From: an uncultured Acidobacteriota bacterium
Lineage (GTDB): Bacteria > Acidobacteriota > JAQAZP01
Direction: 5' to 3'
DNA: 64,000 bases
NCBI GenBank assembly: GCA_963836075.1
Contig: CAWIIB010000001.1
Location: forward strand, 1,728,001 to 1,792,000
The notes below the pieces were generated by a model that saw only the letters and a list, made by a program, of their open reading frames with translations, was not told where the DNA came from and did no database searches. The position numbers and the translations under genes are program-made. Positions 22,201 to 30,978 of this stretch are shown piece by piece. How positions within the stretch are numbered: the first letter of the stretch is position 1; the number at the start of each line of letters is the position of its first letter.

Positions 22201-22674
22201 GTGCCGGGGGAGGTCTATTTCTGGCGGGTGGACGAGGTGACCTTCGGCGGCGGCAGCCTGGGGCCGGTGCGCGGGGACGTCTGGACCTTCAGCTCCACGG
22301 CGGTGGAGACGGTGAGCGTGCAGCTGGCCTGCGTGCCGTCATCGGGCACCCTGCCCTTCAGCAGCAGTTTCACCGCCACCCTGACCAACATCGCCGCCGG
22401 GGAGAACCGCCGGGTGGCCGCCCGGCTGGACGTCACCACCGCCGGCGGTCAGAGTTTCCCGGGCTGGCGGGCCGGCTGGAGCAACCTGGCGGACGGGGAG
22501 AGTTTTGTCGCCTCCTGGACCCAGCAGTTCCCGGCCCTGGGGTCACTGGTGGGCGTCAACAGCTTCCTGCTGCGGGCCGTGGACGTGACACCGCCGCCGT
22601 ACAACCAGCCGCCCTGGCTGCCGGCGAGTGACAGCGATACCGGCCAGTGCACGGTGACAGGGACCGCGCCCTGA
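19261..22674 (+). CDS. C25 cysteine peptidase + BACON-like + LamG-like domains with PYNQPP C-terminal domain
   Basis: GEPRIP propeptide; VLLIG, PTDFFYSDLSGDW, EVLVGRIP; catalytic WMTHGW and GSCGN; NLYGDPSL; LamG HWKLDE, WVHLALV, LYVNG, LDDVRVYN. Confidence 0.85.
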   Translation: MKTRLFFLMAGLLCAATAYGGSLQIHTAHASGQVTAPSLPPLSVSAAASGGTVFSGDDLQWLGQSGEPRIPWQVVTLLLPPDADSSTLTGRLSGASYGEVAGTWRVDPLPPPATRNRSGETVYDWPAGKRLADGHDLDIYGSNSLWPAEGVRLLGCGRLHGWLLCEAAVPLVRWNPATGRLVRLESAHLRLEFERTPVGSAQPVHHLRNPRGAERVARLAANFESAATAYGNGRSSERASGYTIVTTNAVVNSSAALAGFMAHKASLGFTVRLVTEDDFGGGQGDGAAENIRAWLQANYLADETLHVLLIGNPHPGEGEVPMKRCYDSVDGMYEMPTDFFYSDLSGDWDLNQDGNSGQWEDMGDGGIDRFWEVLVGRIPYYGQITDTDHILQKLVDYEQDTDTQWRRRALLPMVPLDDATQSYQLGEQMKAGYLEAAAIPSHRLYHDDYGLVPLPETIPSSYENVINRWNDAPCGLVVWMTHGWNEGGAEVATSDSILGLDDAFPGATWHGSCGNAEPEHPRNIAYALLRHGGIATNGATRSSWYYVGETNFTASTSIGGLGYQYAAKLVAGQSCGQAWADVRQEMVPGIWSNFAMHNLYGDPSLVVMPPPPAFTVRPTDLFAVSGVRNEVWHGGQRTFTLKNNSGSPFSWSATGSTPWLALDPAGGTLAGGEEVEVLAQISSSSGELPVGTQQAQIIFSEAAGGVTIQRDVQVEVKPRVMAIHWKLDEQNGFIAYDGSGFDNRGFLEGGIRFQNDAVPGRFGGALRFHESGYMINMEHLGLQDIPPPWTMAMWVKKTENITGTSSLFSSPTAALRLEHWNNDDVGFTIFGGGGDHSFGYSAPVGQWVHLALVGSESSTSLYVNGLPWATVDTPIAAPMRSLCTSLLRLAAELDDVRVYNHTLSAEGIKALERGGQAMNPAPADGAAGIADGSLLSWVPGVSAVSHNVYFGTDAGAVAAATVDSPEYAGNQSGTDWQPALVPGEVYFWRVDEVTFGGGSLGPVRGDVWTFSSTAVETVSVQLACVPSSGTLPFSSSFTATLTNIAAGENRRVAARLDVTTAGGQSFPGWRAGWSNLADGESFVASWTQQFPALGSLVGVNSFLLRAVDVTPPPYNQPPWLPASDSDTGQCTVTGTAP
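22309..22674 (+). repeat. PYNQPP C-terminal domain copy 3
   Basis: TVSVQLACVPSSGTLPF...GWRAGWSN...DVTPPPYNQPPW...CTVTGTAP*. Confidence 0.9.
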
Positions 22675-22696
22675 GCTGCGGCCCCGGGCCCGCGGA

Positions 22697-23335
22697 TCAA
22701 TCGGCGATCTTCGCCCCGATAATCTCGCCCTTCACTCTTCCGCCGTCGGTGAGGTAGACCACCACGTCCAGGTCATCCTCGTGGACGATCACGTCACCGT
22801 CCACCACCGAGCCGCCGGTGATCTCGATGCGCAGTTCCCCGCGCTCGCCGTTGGACCCCTTGTTGTCATCCACCACCAGGTCGCCGTCCACCCGGGTCCC
22901 GTCCTCGAGACGCATGTCACCGTTGATCGTGCGGACGTCTTTGCCGACCCTGGTGTTTTTCAGGACGATCTCGCCGTTGACCGTGGAGACCTCGCCGCTC
23001 ACCCTGCTGCCGCTGCCGCAGCGGACCGGCCCGTTGACCGTCCCCACGCCGCCGCTCACCTCCACCCCGCGGCCCAGGGTGATGCCGCCGTTCACCGTGC
23101 CCAGACCGCTGACACTGGAGTTGTCGCCCACCTTAATGGCGCCGTTCACCGTGTGGCAGTCGCCGCCGATCTCGCAGTCGCTGCCGATGGTGATGGAACC
23201 GTTCACCGTGTTGAAACCGCCGGTCCGCTGCTCACCGTCCTGAATGGTGAGTGACTGGTTGACGGAAGCCCCCATGCAGCAGGTGAACAGGATTGCCGAG
23301 GCCGCCGCCAGGATGGAACGCATAGTGGTGTTCAT
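22697..23335 (-). CDS. Exported beta-solenoid repeat protein (DUF4097/adhesin-like)
   Basis: Signal peptide; six ~17-aa repeats with T-[VI]-N-G. Confidence 0.6.
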   Translation of the reverse strand: MNTTMRSILAAASAILFTCCMGASVNQSLTIQDGEQRTGGFNTVNGSITIGSDCEIGGDCHTVNGAIKVGDNSSVSGLGTVNGGITLGRGVEVSGGVGTVNGPVRCGSGSRVSGEVSTVNGEIVLKNTRVGKDVRTINGDMRLEDGTRVDGDLVVDDNKGSNGERGELRIEITGGSVVDGDVIVHEDDLDVVVYLTDGGRVKGEIIGAKIAD

Positions 23336-23410
23336 CAGTCGCTACTCCTCTTTTTTGTGCACAGTGATTACACCGTGTCTTACGATGACCGCGGGCGGAA
23401 TGTTCGGCGG

Positions 23411-24358
23411 CTAGAAGAGATCGTCACCCCGGGGGATCAGCATCCGGGCCCGGCGCTGGGCCAGAGTGGTGAACAGCCGGTAGCCGGGGAGGACCTGGGC
23501 CGGAGCGTCGAGGATGGCCTGGAGCTCGCCGTCGAACAGTTCCCGGTCCCCGGCCGCCACGGCGTAGTGCTGGGCATAGAGCAGCCGGGCCAGCAGGAAC
23601 TTCCCCTCGGACAGCTCCATGGCCAGCCGGAAGCGCAGGCCGCTCTGCTCCAGCGACCCGCCGAGCATGGGCGGCAGCCAGGCATCGGCAATACCGAGCA
23701 GCAGCAGCGGCCCGCCGAAGAAATAGGTCTCGTCCAGCTCACCCAGACGCAGGGCCAGCCGCCGGTTCACCGGAACGGCCCGCATGACCGTGGGATCACT
23801 GCGATTGAGCCACAGGTCGCCGGCCTGGTTGAAGGTGTACCAGAAGAGCGCCGGCACATCTCTGGTGGAGAGATCCTTCAGCGCCTGCACCGCGGCCTCG
23901 CCGCCGCCGTCCAGCCGCCCGAGGAAGCCGGGGTGCCGCAGTTCCAGGGCCTTCCCGGCATAGTCCCGGCCGCGGACATAGAAGTCGGCCGCCCGCTGCC
24001 GGGCCTCATCGAAAGGCGGCCCGCCGGCATCCCGCAGCGCCTCCATGTCGTCCTCGAGAAAGACCAGGGCCACCCCGCCAAAAGCCTGGGCCAGGGTGAC
24101 CAGGATCTCTTCATCCTTCGGACAGGCGCGGTGCAGGGTTTCCAGGAGTTTGATGTTGGAGAAGCCGGCGGCCCGGGCCAGTTCCCAGTCGGGTTCGTCG
24201 TTGAAGGCGGCCAGGGCGTCGGGGAGCATGGTCCGCGTGGTCCGGACCATCATCTGCTTGCCGCTGCAGCCGAATGAGGCCAGGGCCAGGGCGAGACAGA
24301 GCACCAGCGGTATGGTCCGTGACCAGGTCCACCGTGGTGTGCTGCCGCCGCCGACCAT
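23411..24358 (-). CDS. TRAP transporter TatT (T-component) family lipoprotein
   Basis: Lipobox-like SFG-C; LDETYFFGGPLLLLG, LPPMLGGSLE, YAQHYAV motifs. Confidence 0.7.
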   Translation of the reverse strand: MVGGGSTPRWTWSRTIPLVLCLALALASFGCSGKQMMVRTTRTMLPDALAAFNDEPDWELARAAGFSNIKLLETLHRACPKDEEILVTLAQAFGGVALVFLEDDMEALRDAGGPPFDEARQRAADFYVRGRDYAGKALELRHPGFLGRLDGGGEAAVQALKDLSTRDVPALFWYTFNQAGDLWLNRSDPTVMRAVPVNRRLALRLGELDETYFFGGPLLLLGIADAWLPPMLGGSLEQSGLRFRLAMELSEGKFLLARLLYAQHYAVAAGDRELFDGELQAILDAPAQVLPGYRLFTTLAQRRARMLIPRGDDLF

Positions 24359-24483
24359 CCGTTCCTCCCAACCGTCCGCTCAAAAGGGCCGGGGGCAGTT
24401 TATCATGACCGGAGGAACCTGCGAACATCTCCGGCGGCCGGGACGTAAGAGAGGGTGAAGAAGGCAACAAAGGAGACGACGCG

Positions 24484-24684
24484 ATGAAGACTTTTATCCT
24501 CTGGCTGATACTGCTGCTGTTCTGCTGGCCGCTGGCCATCCTGGCCCTGATCGCCTATCCCCTGATCTGGGTCTTCCTGCTCCCCTTCCGCCTGCTGGGC
24601 ATTGCCGTGGAAGGCGTGTTCGAACTGCTGCGGGCGATCATCCTCTTCCCGGTGCGGGTGCTGGGCGGGGGCAAGCAGGCTTGA
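24484..24684 (+). CDS. Small hydrophobic membrane protein
   Basis: AAGGAG RBS; 66-aa highly hydrophobic ORF. Confidence 0.7.
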   Translation: MKTFILWLILLLFCWPLAILALIAYPLIWVFLLPFRLLGIAVEGVFELLRAIILFPVRVLGGGKQA

Positions 24685-24716
24685 AGGAACCACCGGTCCC
24701 GCCCCCGGTAACCGTG

Positions 24717-24745
24717 TGGACATCCCCGCAGGATTCCGTTATTCT
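24717..24745 (+). promoter_or_regulatory. sigma70-like promoter of DUF2946-czcCBA unit
   Basis: TGGACA-N17-TATTCT. Confidence 0.5.
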
Positions 24746-24812
24746 CCACCCCTGATGGCGTCCGGCTCCGGGAATCCCGGATGCCGCGGCGGCCAGCAGT
24801 TCAGGTGGAACA

Positions 24813-25178
24813 ATGACCTCGTCCAGGCGTCGACAGCCGGCATCCTTCATCATCCTGATAGCCGCGGTATACCTGGCGGCCTTCCTGCTCCATGACCTGA
24901 CGCACGACCCGGCCCCGGTATTCGCGGATTACCCGGTGGGGCCACATGGCTTTTTCGCCGACCAGAACGGCGGCGGCTCACCGGACGGCAACTCCCGGGT
25001 CCACCCGAACCAGGAAAGCCACCACTGTCCTTTCTGCAACGGCTTCACCGGCGGCGTCACCGTGACGATGCTGCCGCCCCCGGCCGAAAACAACAGCAAA
25101 CCGCCTCGCCCACCCTCCCGCTCCCATAGCGGTGAATCGCTCTGCTCCTCTTTTGCCCGGGCGCCGCCCGCCGCCTGA
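24813..25178 (+). CDS. DUF2946-like metal-responsive leader protein (HHCPFC ... RAPP)
   Basis: N-terminal hydrophobic segment, His/CxxC motif, Pro-rich linker, C-terminal ARAPPAA*; directly upstream of the metal efflux operon. Confidence 0.7.
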   Translation: MTSSRRRQPASFIILIAAVYLAAFLLHDLTHDPAPVFADYPVGPHGFFADQNGGGSPDGNSRVHPNQESHHCPFCNGFTGGVTVTMLPPPAENNSKPPRPPSRSHSGESLCSSFARAPPAA

Positions 25179-25267
25179 GCCATCCCACCGCTTTCCCAAG
25201 CAACCTTTCCATGGCAACTCTCCTGCCGCCGGGAGGAATTGCCGTCCATGCATCACGAGGAACGCTG

Positions 25268-26560
25268 ATGTCACGTCGTGTCATTGTCTGTCTCTGTTTG
25301 CTGTTGATTTCCATCCCGTGGGTGCCGCTACCGGCAGACGATTCCTCCGGGGTCATGACCCAGGAGGAGGCGGTTCAAATGGCCCTGGAAAACAACCCGG
25401 ACCTGCGGGTCTCCACCGAACGGATGGTCGGGATCCGGGAGCGGGTGCGCCAGGCACGAGAGTTCCCGGCCACCGCCATTGAATTCGACTTCGACCAGCA
25501 GGTGGAATTCCTGCAATCCCAGGAGCAATACATCGGGTTCACCCAGGAATTCGAGTTCCCCACCCGGATGGGACTGCGGGTGGATGCCGCCGAGGAAAAC
25601 GTCCGGGCCTCCGAGGCGGAACACCGGCTCACCGGCTGGGAGACGGCCCTGGCGGCCAAGGCACTCTACCAGAACCTGGCCCTGACCCAGGAACTGGTGG
25701 CCATCAACCTTGAAAACCTGGTCATCGCTGAACGGCTGGCCGAAATGGCCGAAGGGAAATACGAACTGGGAATCGTGGGCAAGCTCGAAGTGCTGCGGGC
25801 CGGCGTGGAGGCGGCCAATGCGGCCAACGACCTCTCACGGATGGTGAAACAGGAGCAGGAGGCCCGGATGCGGCTCAACCATATTCTGGGACGCTCGCCG
25901 GAACAGCCTCTGCAAACCACTCCGCTGAACCAGGGACGGCTGGAGGGAGCGGATCTGGAGCGGATGATGGCACTGGCGCTGGAACAGCGCCTGGAACTGA
26001 AAGCCGCCGAGAGCCGTCTCGCCGCGTCCGAGTTCCAGATTTCCCTGGCCCGGTCATCCTACTACCCCGACCTCTCGTTCTCTTTCTACCGGCACCGCAT
26101 CGACGAAGAACCGAACAGCTGGGACATCGCCCTGGGTTTCAGCGTACCGATCTTCGGACTCCCGGCCATCGCCGGCCAGCTGGCCGAGGCCAAGGCCGAA
26201 AAAACGGCCCTCGGGGCTGAGGCCGACGCCGCCCGGGCCCGCATCGAACTGGAGGTCCGCACCGCCCACCGGGCCCTGGAAGAGCTCGCCGGCCAGTTGT
26301 CCCGCTACCGTGATTCGATCCTCTCTTCAGCCGAAGAGGCCTTCTCCCTGGCCACTGAAAGCTACCGCGAGGGCGAGATCGAGAGCCTTGAAATGCTGTA
26401 CACCCAGCGCACCCTGCAGATCGTCCGGCAGGAGTTCGCTGAATCGGTTTTCTCTTACAACCTCGCCCTGATCGACCTCGAGCAGGCGGTGGGTTCCGAA
26501 CTTGGCTGGGAGATGCCGGTTGACCCGCTGAACGGCCCCGCGGCAGGAGAAGTCCAATGA
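25268..26560 (+). CDS. czcC: TolC/CzcC-family outer membrane efflux protein
   Basis: Signal peptide; ALENNPDL, YELG..GKLEVL, YREGEIESLE; first gene of CBA operon. Confidence 0.85.
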   Translation: MSRRVIVCLCLLLISIPWVPLPADDSSGVMTQEEAVQMALENNPDLRVSTERMVGIRERVRQAREFPATAIEFDFDQQVEFLQSQEQYIGFTQEFEFPTRMGLRVDAAEENVRASEAEHRLTGWETALAAKALYQNLALTQELVAINLENLVIAERLAEMAEGKYELGIVGKLEVLRAGVEAANAANDLSRMVKQEQEARMRLNHILGRSPEQPLQTTPLNQGRLEGADLERMMALALEQRLELKAAESRLAASEFQISLARSSYYPDLSFSFYRHRIDEEPNSWDIALGFSVPIFGLPAIAGQLAEAKAEKTALGAEADAARARIELEVRTAHRALEELAGQLSRYRDSILSSAEEAFSLATESYREGEIESLEMLYTQRTLQIVRQEFAESVFSYNLALIDLEQAVGSELGWEMPVDPLNGPAAGEVQ

Positions 26561-27765
26561 CCAGAAGAACACTACGCATTGCCTGCATCATCGTCCCGAT
26601 CGCCGTCCTGGCCGTCCTCTGCGGTCTGAGCCCGGCCGGCGCCGGGCCGCAGTCACGCAGTGAGGGCCGCGGCCGCCACCACCGGGGCGGAGCCGATCAC
26701 GAGGGCCGCTTTGTCAGCATCGCTCCCGAACAGCGGGACTACATCGATGTCATCACCGCCAGGGCGGAGAAACGGTTGCTCGGTACCCGGGTGGAGGCCG
26801 GCGGGCTGCTCACCCCCTGTCCCGACCGGGTGGCCAAGGTGGGACCGGTGATCTCGGGACGGGTATCCGAGGTGCTGGTCAAGCTGGGGGACCGGGTGCG
26901 GGCCGGCCAGCCGCTGGCCAAACTGGTCAGCGTGGAAATCGGCGAGGCGGTCTCCGAATACTACAAGGCCCTGGCCGAGCTGGAGCTGGCCAAAATCAAC
27001 TTCGAGCGCTACGAGCGGTTGATCAGCCGGGACATCGGCGCGCGCAAGGACCTGCTGGCCGCCGAGGCGGACCACAAGATCGCCGAGGCCAACTGCAACG
27101 CGGCGGAGAAGACCCTGCACGCGTTCGGGTTCACCGAGGACGACCTGGACACCATCGAGGACACCCACACCATCAACGCCGAACTGCTGCTCCGATCTCC
27201 CATCGCCGGCCGGGTGGTGGATCGGGAGGCCACCGTGGGCGAGCGCGTGGGCGACGACTCCACACTGTTCACGGTGATGGACCTCAGCCGGTTGTTCGTC
27301 GAAGCCCAGGTCTTCGAGCGCGACGTGGCCTTGCTGGACGAGGGGCAGCGCACCGAGGTGTCGGTCAACGCCCTTCCCGGTACAGCGATCCAGGGCGAGG
27401 TGATCCACATCAGCCGGCAGATCGATCCGGAAACCCGCACCCTGGCCGTACGCACGGCCATCGACAATCCCGGTGATGAACTGAAGGTGGGGATGTTCGT
27501 CACCGTGCGCATCTTCACCGGACAGGATACTCCGGTGCTCTGTGTCCCGGCTGAGGCCATCATCGAGGACGGGGGCCGCGGCTATGTCTTCGTGCCCCGC
27601 GATGCAGGGTACCAGCTCACCCCGGTGGAGACCGGCTACCAGGACGAGGCGCATGTCGAAATCACGGCGGGTATCAGTGAAGGTCAGACGGTGGTGGTGA
27701 ACGGCAGTTACGGGCTTTTCGCCACCCTCAAGCAGTCGTCGGGATCGGCCGCACACGTCCACTGA
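26557..27765 (+). CDS. czcB: CzcB/CusB-family RND periplasmic adaptor
   Basis: GDRVRAGQPL, LRSPIAGRVV, IDPETRT, LKVGMF; His-containing termini. Confidence 0.88.
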   Translation: MTRRTLRIACIIVPIAVLAVLCGLSPAGAGPQSRSEGRGRHHRGGADHEGRFVSIAPEQRDYIDVITARAEKRLLGTRVEAGGLLTPCPDRVAKVGPVISGRVSEVLVKLGDRVRAGQPLAKLVSVEIGEAVSEYYKALAELELAKINFERYERLISRDIGARKDLLAAEADHKIAEANCNAAEKTLHAFGFTEDDLDTIEDTHTINAELLLRSPIAGRVVDREATVGERVGDDSTLFTVMDLSRLFVEAQVFERDVALLDEGQRTEVSVNALPGTAIQGEVIHISRQIDPETRTLAVRTAIDNPGDELKVGMFVTVRIFTGQDTPVLCVPAEAIIEDGGRGYVFVPRDAGYQLTPVETGYQDEAHVEITAGISEGQTVVVNGSYGLFATLKQSSGSAAHVH

Positions 27766-27795
27766 GGCAGCCCCCCACAGACGGAAGGGTTCGTC

Positions 27796-30700
27796 ATGAT
27801 AGATTCTGTTATTCGCGGTTCGATCAACAACCGCCTGCTGTCGATCTTCCTGGTGCTGCTGGTCTGCGTCTTTGGCTACCTGGCCTACCGGGCGATGCCG
27901 GTGGACGTCTACCCCGACCTCAACGCCCCGCTGGTCAACATCGTCACCGAAAACCCCGGCATGTCGGCCGAAGACGTGGAACGGCTGATCACCATCCCCC
28001 TGGAGAGCACGCTCAACGGTTCGCCGGGGGTGACCCGGTTGCGCTCCGAATCGGGGACCGGGATCTCGGTGGTCACCGTGGAGTTCGACTGGGGCACCGA
28101 CATCTACCTCGCCCGCCAGATCGTCTCGGGCAAGCTGGAACTGGTCAGCGGACTGCTGCCGGCGGGATCAAGCTCACCGGTGCTCGGCCCCATCTCCTCA
28201 CGGATGGGCGAGATCTTCGAGTTCGTACTGGTCAGCGATACCCTCGACCTGATGGAACTGCGCGACCTGGCCGACTGGGCGGTGCGCTACCGCCTGCTGA
28301 GCACCACCGGGGTCAGCTACGTGGTCAACCTCGGCGGTGAAGTTCGCGAGTACCAGGTGCAGCTCAAGCCGGACCAGCTGCGCAGTTACGGCATCAGCAT
28401 CGCCGAAGTGGGCGAGGCCATCGCCGCCAGCAATCGCAACAGCACCGGCGGCATCCTCACCCGCCAGGAGCAGGAATACCTGATCCGGGGCATCGGGCAG
28501 ATCACCGGCGCGGAAGACATCGCCGACATCGTGGTGGACAACCGCGGCGGGGTGCCGGTCTACGTACACAACCTGGCCGAGGTCTCCATGGGCCCGCGGT
28601 TCCGGCGCGGATCGGCCGGCCACAATGGCCGCAAGGCGGTGAAGCTCACCGTGGAGAAGCAGTTCCGGGGAGACACGCTGGAGACCATCGACAACATAAA
28701 AGCCACCCTGGCCGAACTGCGTGAAGAATTGCCAGCGGGCGTAGATATCTACCCCTTCTACGACCAGTCGGTGTTCATCAAGAAAGCGGTGGGAAACATC
28801 AAGTGGTCGATCCTCGAAGGGTCGATACTCATCATGCTGGTGATCATGCTTTTCATGGGCAACTTTCGCTCGGTCTGGATCGCGGTGATCACCATCTCCT
28901 ACTCGATCTTCATAGCCATTTTGATCATGAACCTTTTCGGCCTCACCATCAATGTGATGAGCCTCGGCGGACTGGCCATCGGCATCGGCAAGATGGCCAA
29001 CTCCTCGATCTTCGTGGTGGAGAACATCTACCGCAAGCTGCTGCTGAACAAAAGCCTGCCGGAAGAACAGCGCCGGACCGTCCGGCGCATCTGCTTCGAG
29101 GCCACCCGGGAAGTGGCCCCGGCGCTGTTCAGCGCCAATCTGATCATCTTTCTCGTCTTCGTCCCGATGTTCTTCATGCAGGGGATCGAGGGCAAGATGT
29201 TCGCCCCCACCGCCTTTGCCGTGGGCATGGCGCTGATCGGCAGCTTTGCCGGCGCGATCACCATCATGCCGGTGCTGGCCTCGCTCTTCCTCCGCCGCAT
29301 CCGGGCCGTGCGCGAGAACCGCGTGATCCGCGGCGCCCTGACCCTCTACACTCCATTCCTGGAAAGGGTCATCACCCATCCCTGGCGCATCCTGGCCGGC
29401 ACCGGCCTGGTGCTGGCGCTGATCTTCGTCCTGCTGCTGCCGCGGCTGGGCACCGAGTTCATGCCGCAGATGGACGAGGGATCGATTGTCGCCAGCACGG
29501 TGATGCTGCCGGGCACCAGCCTCGAGGAAACGATACGGGTGGGCAAACTGGTCAGCGGTCTGGTGATGGACCGGGAAAAATTCCCCGAGGTGGTTTCGGT
29601 TACCCGGGAGACCGGCCGGGCCGAGCAGTCCGAGCATGCCCACCCGGTGAGCCACAGCCACTTCATCATCGAACTGCTGCCCCTGGAGGAGCGGGACCGC
29701 TCGGCGGAGGAGATCATCGAGGGCCTGCGCGAGGAGTTCCGCAAAGTGCCCGGGATCGACTACATCTTCGAGCAGCCGATCCAGAACAAGCTGGCCGAGA
29801 TGCTCACCGGCACCGAGGGCGAGCTGTCGGTCAAGTTGTACGGCCCGGACCTGGACCAGTTGGAAGAGAAGATCCAGGCCATCCGCGACGTGCTGTCCAG
29901 GATCGACGGCGTGGCCGACCTGCAGGTGGAGCAGACCGCCGGCGTGCCGCGGATCAACGTCATCCTCGACCGCCAGCGGATGGCCCGCTACGGGGTCAAG
30001 GTGGACGATGCCAGCGACATCATCGAGACGGCGCTCAGCGGCCAGACCATCACCGACGTTTTCCAGGGCAACCGGCGCTATTCCATCCTGCTCCGCTTCC
30101 AGCAGCAGTACCGGGACGACCTGGACGAGATTCGCAACCTGCTGGTGGACGCACCGGGCGGGCAACTGGTCCCGCTCTCCGAAATCGCCGCCATCGAGAA
30201 GGGCGAGGGGCCGGAGGAAATCTTCCGCGAGAACATGGAGCGGCGCAAGGTCATCGTGCTCAACGTCAGCGGCCGGGACGTGGTGGGCTTCGTCGCCGAG
30301 GCCCGCGAGCAGATCGCCGATAAGGTGGACCTGCCGCGGGGCTACCGGGTGCGCTTCGGCGGCCAGTTCGAGAACCAGCAGCAGGCCTCGCGCCAGCTGC
30401 TGATCTACTCGGTGCTCATCGCCCTGGCGGTGTTCATCATCCTCATCTCCAGTTTTGGCTCACTGCGCCAGTCGCTGCTCATCCTGCTCAACGTGCCGGT
30501 GGCCCTGGCCGGCGGCGTTGCCGGTCTCTGGGCCTGCGGCGCCACGCTCAACGTCAGTTCGGCAATCGGCTTCATCGCCCTCTTCGGTATTTCACTGCAG
30601 AACGGGATTATCCTGGTCAAGACGATCAACACCATGCGCCAGCGGGAGATGCCGCTTCGCCAGGCGGTGATCGAAGGGTCGAAGATGCGTCTGCGGCCGA

Positions 30701-30927
30701 TTTTGATGACCGAACTGGTGATGATCTTCGGTGCGCTGCCCCTGGTGCTGGGTAACGAGATGGGGTCGGAGATCCACCGTCCGCTGGCCATCGTCTATGT
30801 CGGCGGGTTCCTGCTGGCGCTGCTCTTCAGCAAGTTCACCCTGCCGGCGCTCTACTATGTCTTCGAATCGCTGAGGAAGGAGCCGGACTCCGGGTTGCAT
30901 TGCTCTCTCAGGTCGGAGAAGATCTGA
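27796..30927 (+). CDS. czcA: CusA/CzcA-family heavy-metal efflux RND transporter
   Basis: PVDVYPDL, AEDVERLIT, GIEGKMFAP, GTEFMPQMDEG, RLRPILMT; 1043 aa. Substrate not determinable from sequence. Confidence 0.9.
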   Translation: MIDSVIRGSINNRLLSIFLVLLVCVFGYLAYRAMPVDVYPDLNAPLVNIVTENPGMSAEDVERLITIPLESTLNGSPGVTRLRSESGTGISVVTVEFDWGTDIYLARQIVSGKLELVSGLLPAGSSSPVLGPISSRMGEIFEFVLVSDTLDLMELRDLADWAVRYRLLSTTGVSYVVNLGGEVREYQVQLKPDQLRSYGISIAEVGEAIAASNRNSTGGILTRQEQEYLIRGIGQITGAEDIADIVVDNRGGVPVYVHNLAEVSMGPRFRRGSAGHNGRKAVKLTVEKQFRGDTLETIDNIKATLAELREELPAGVDIYPFYDQSVFIKKAVGNIKWSILEGSILIMLVIMLFMGNFRSVWIAVITISYSIFIAILIMNLFGLTINVMSLGGLAIGIGKMANSSIFVVENIYRKLLLNKSLPEEQRRTVRRICFEATREVAPALFSANLIIFLVFVPMFFMQGIEGKMFAPTAFAVGMALIGSFAGAITIMPVLASLFLRRIRAVRENRVIRGALTLYTPFLERVITHPWRILAGTGLVLALIFVLLLPRLGTEFMPQMDEGSIVASTVMLPGTSLEETIRVGKLVSGLVMDREKFPEVVSVTRETGRAEQSEHAHPVSHSHFIIELLPLEERDRSAEEIIEGLREEFRKVPGIDYIFEQPIQNKLAEMLTGTEGELSVKLYGPDLDQLEEKIQAIRDVLSRIDGVADLQVEQTAGVPRINVILDRQRMARYGVKVDDASDIIETALSGQTITDVFQGNRRYSILLRFQQQYRDDLDEIRNLLVDAPGGQLVPLSEIAAIEKGEGPEEIFRENMERRKVIVLNVSGRDVVGFVAEAREQIADKVDLPRGYRVRFGGQFENQQQASRQLLIYSVLIALAVFIILISSFGSLRQSLLILLNVPVALAGGVAGLWACGATLNVSSAIGFIALFGISLQNGIILVKTINTMRQREMPLRQAVIEGSKMRLRPILMTELVMIFGALPLVLGNEMGSEIHRPLAIVYVGGFLLALLFSKFTLPALYYVFESLRKEPDSGLHCSLRSEKI

Positions 30928-30978
30928 CTACGGCATCGGAGACCAGACCATGCAACCCCTGGTAGAGAGGGAGGCATC

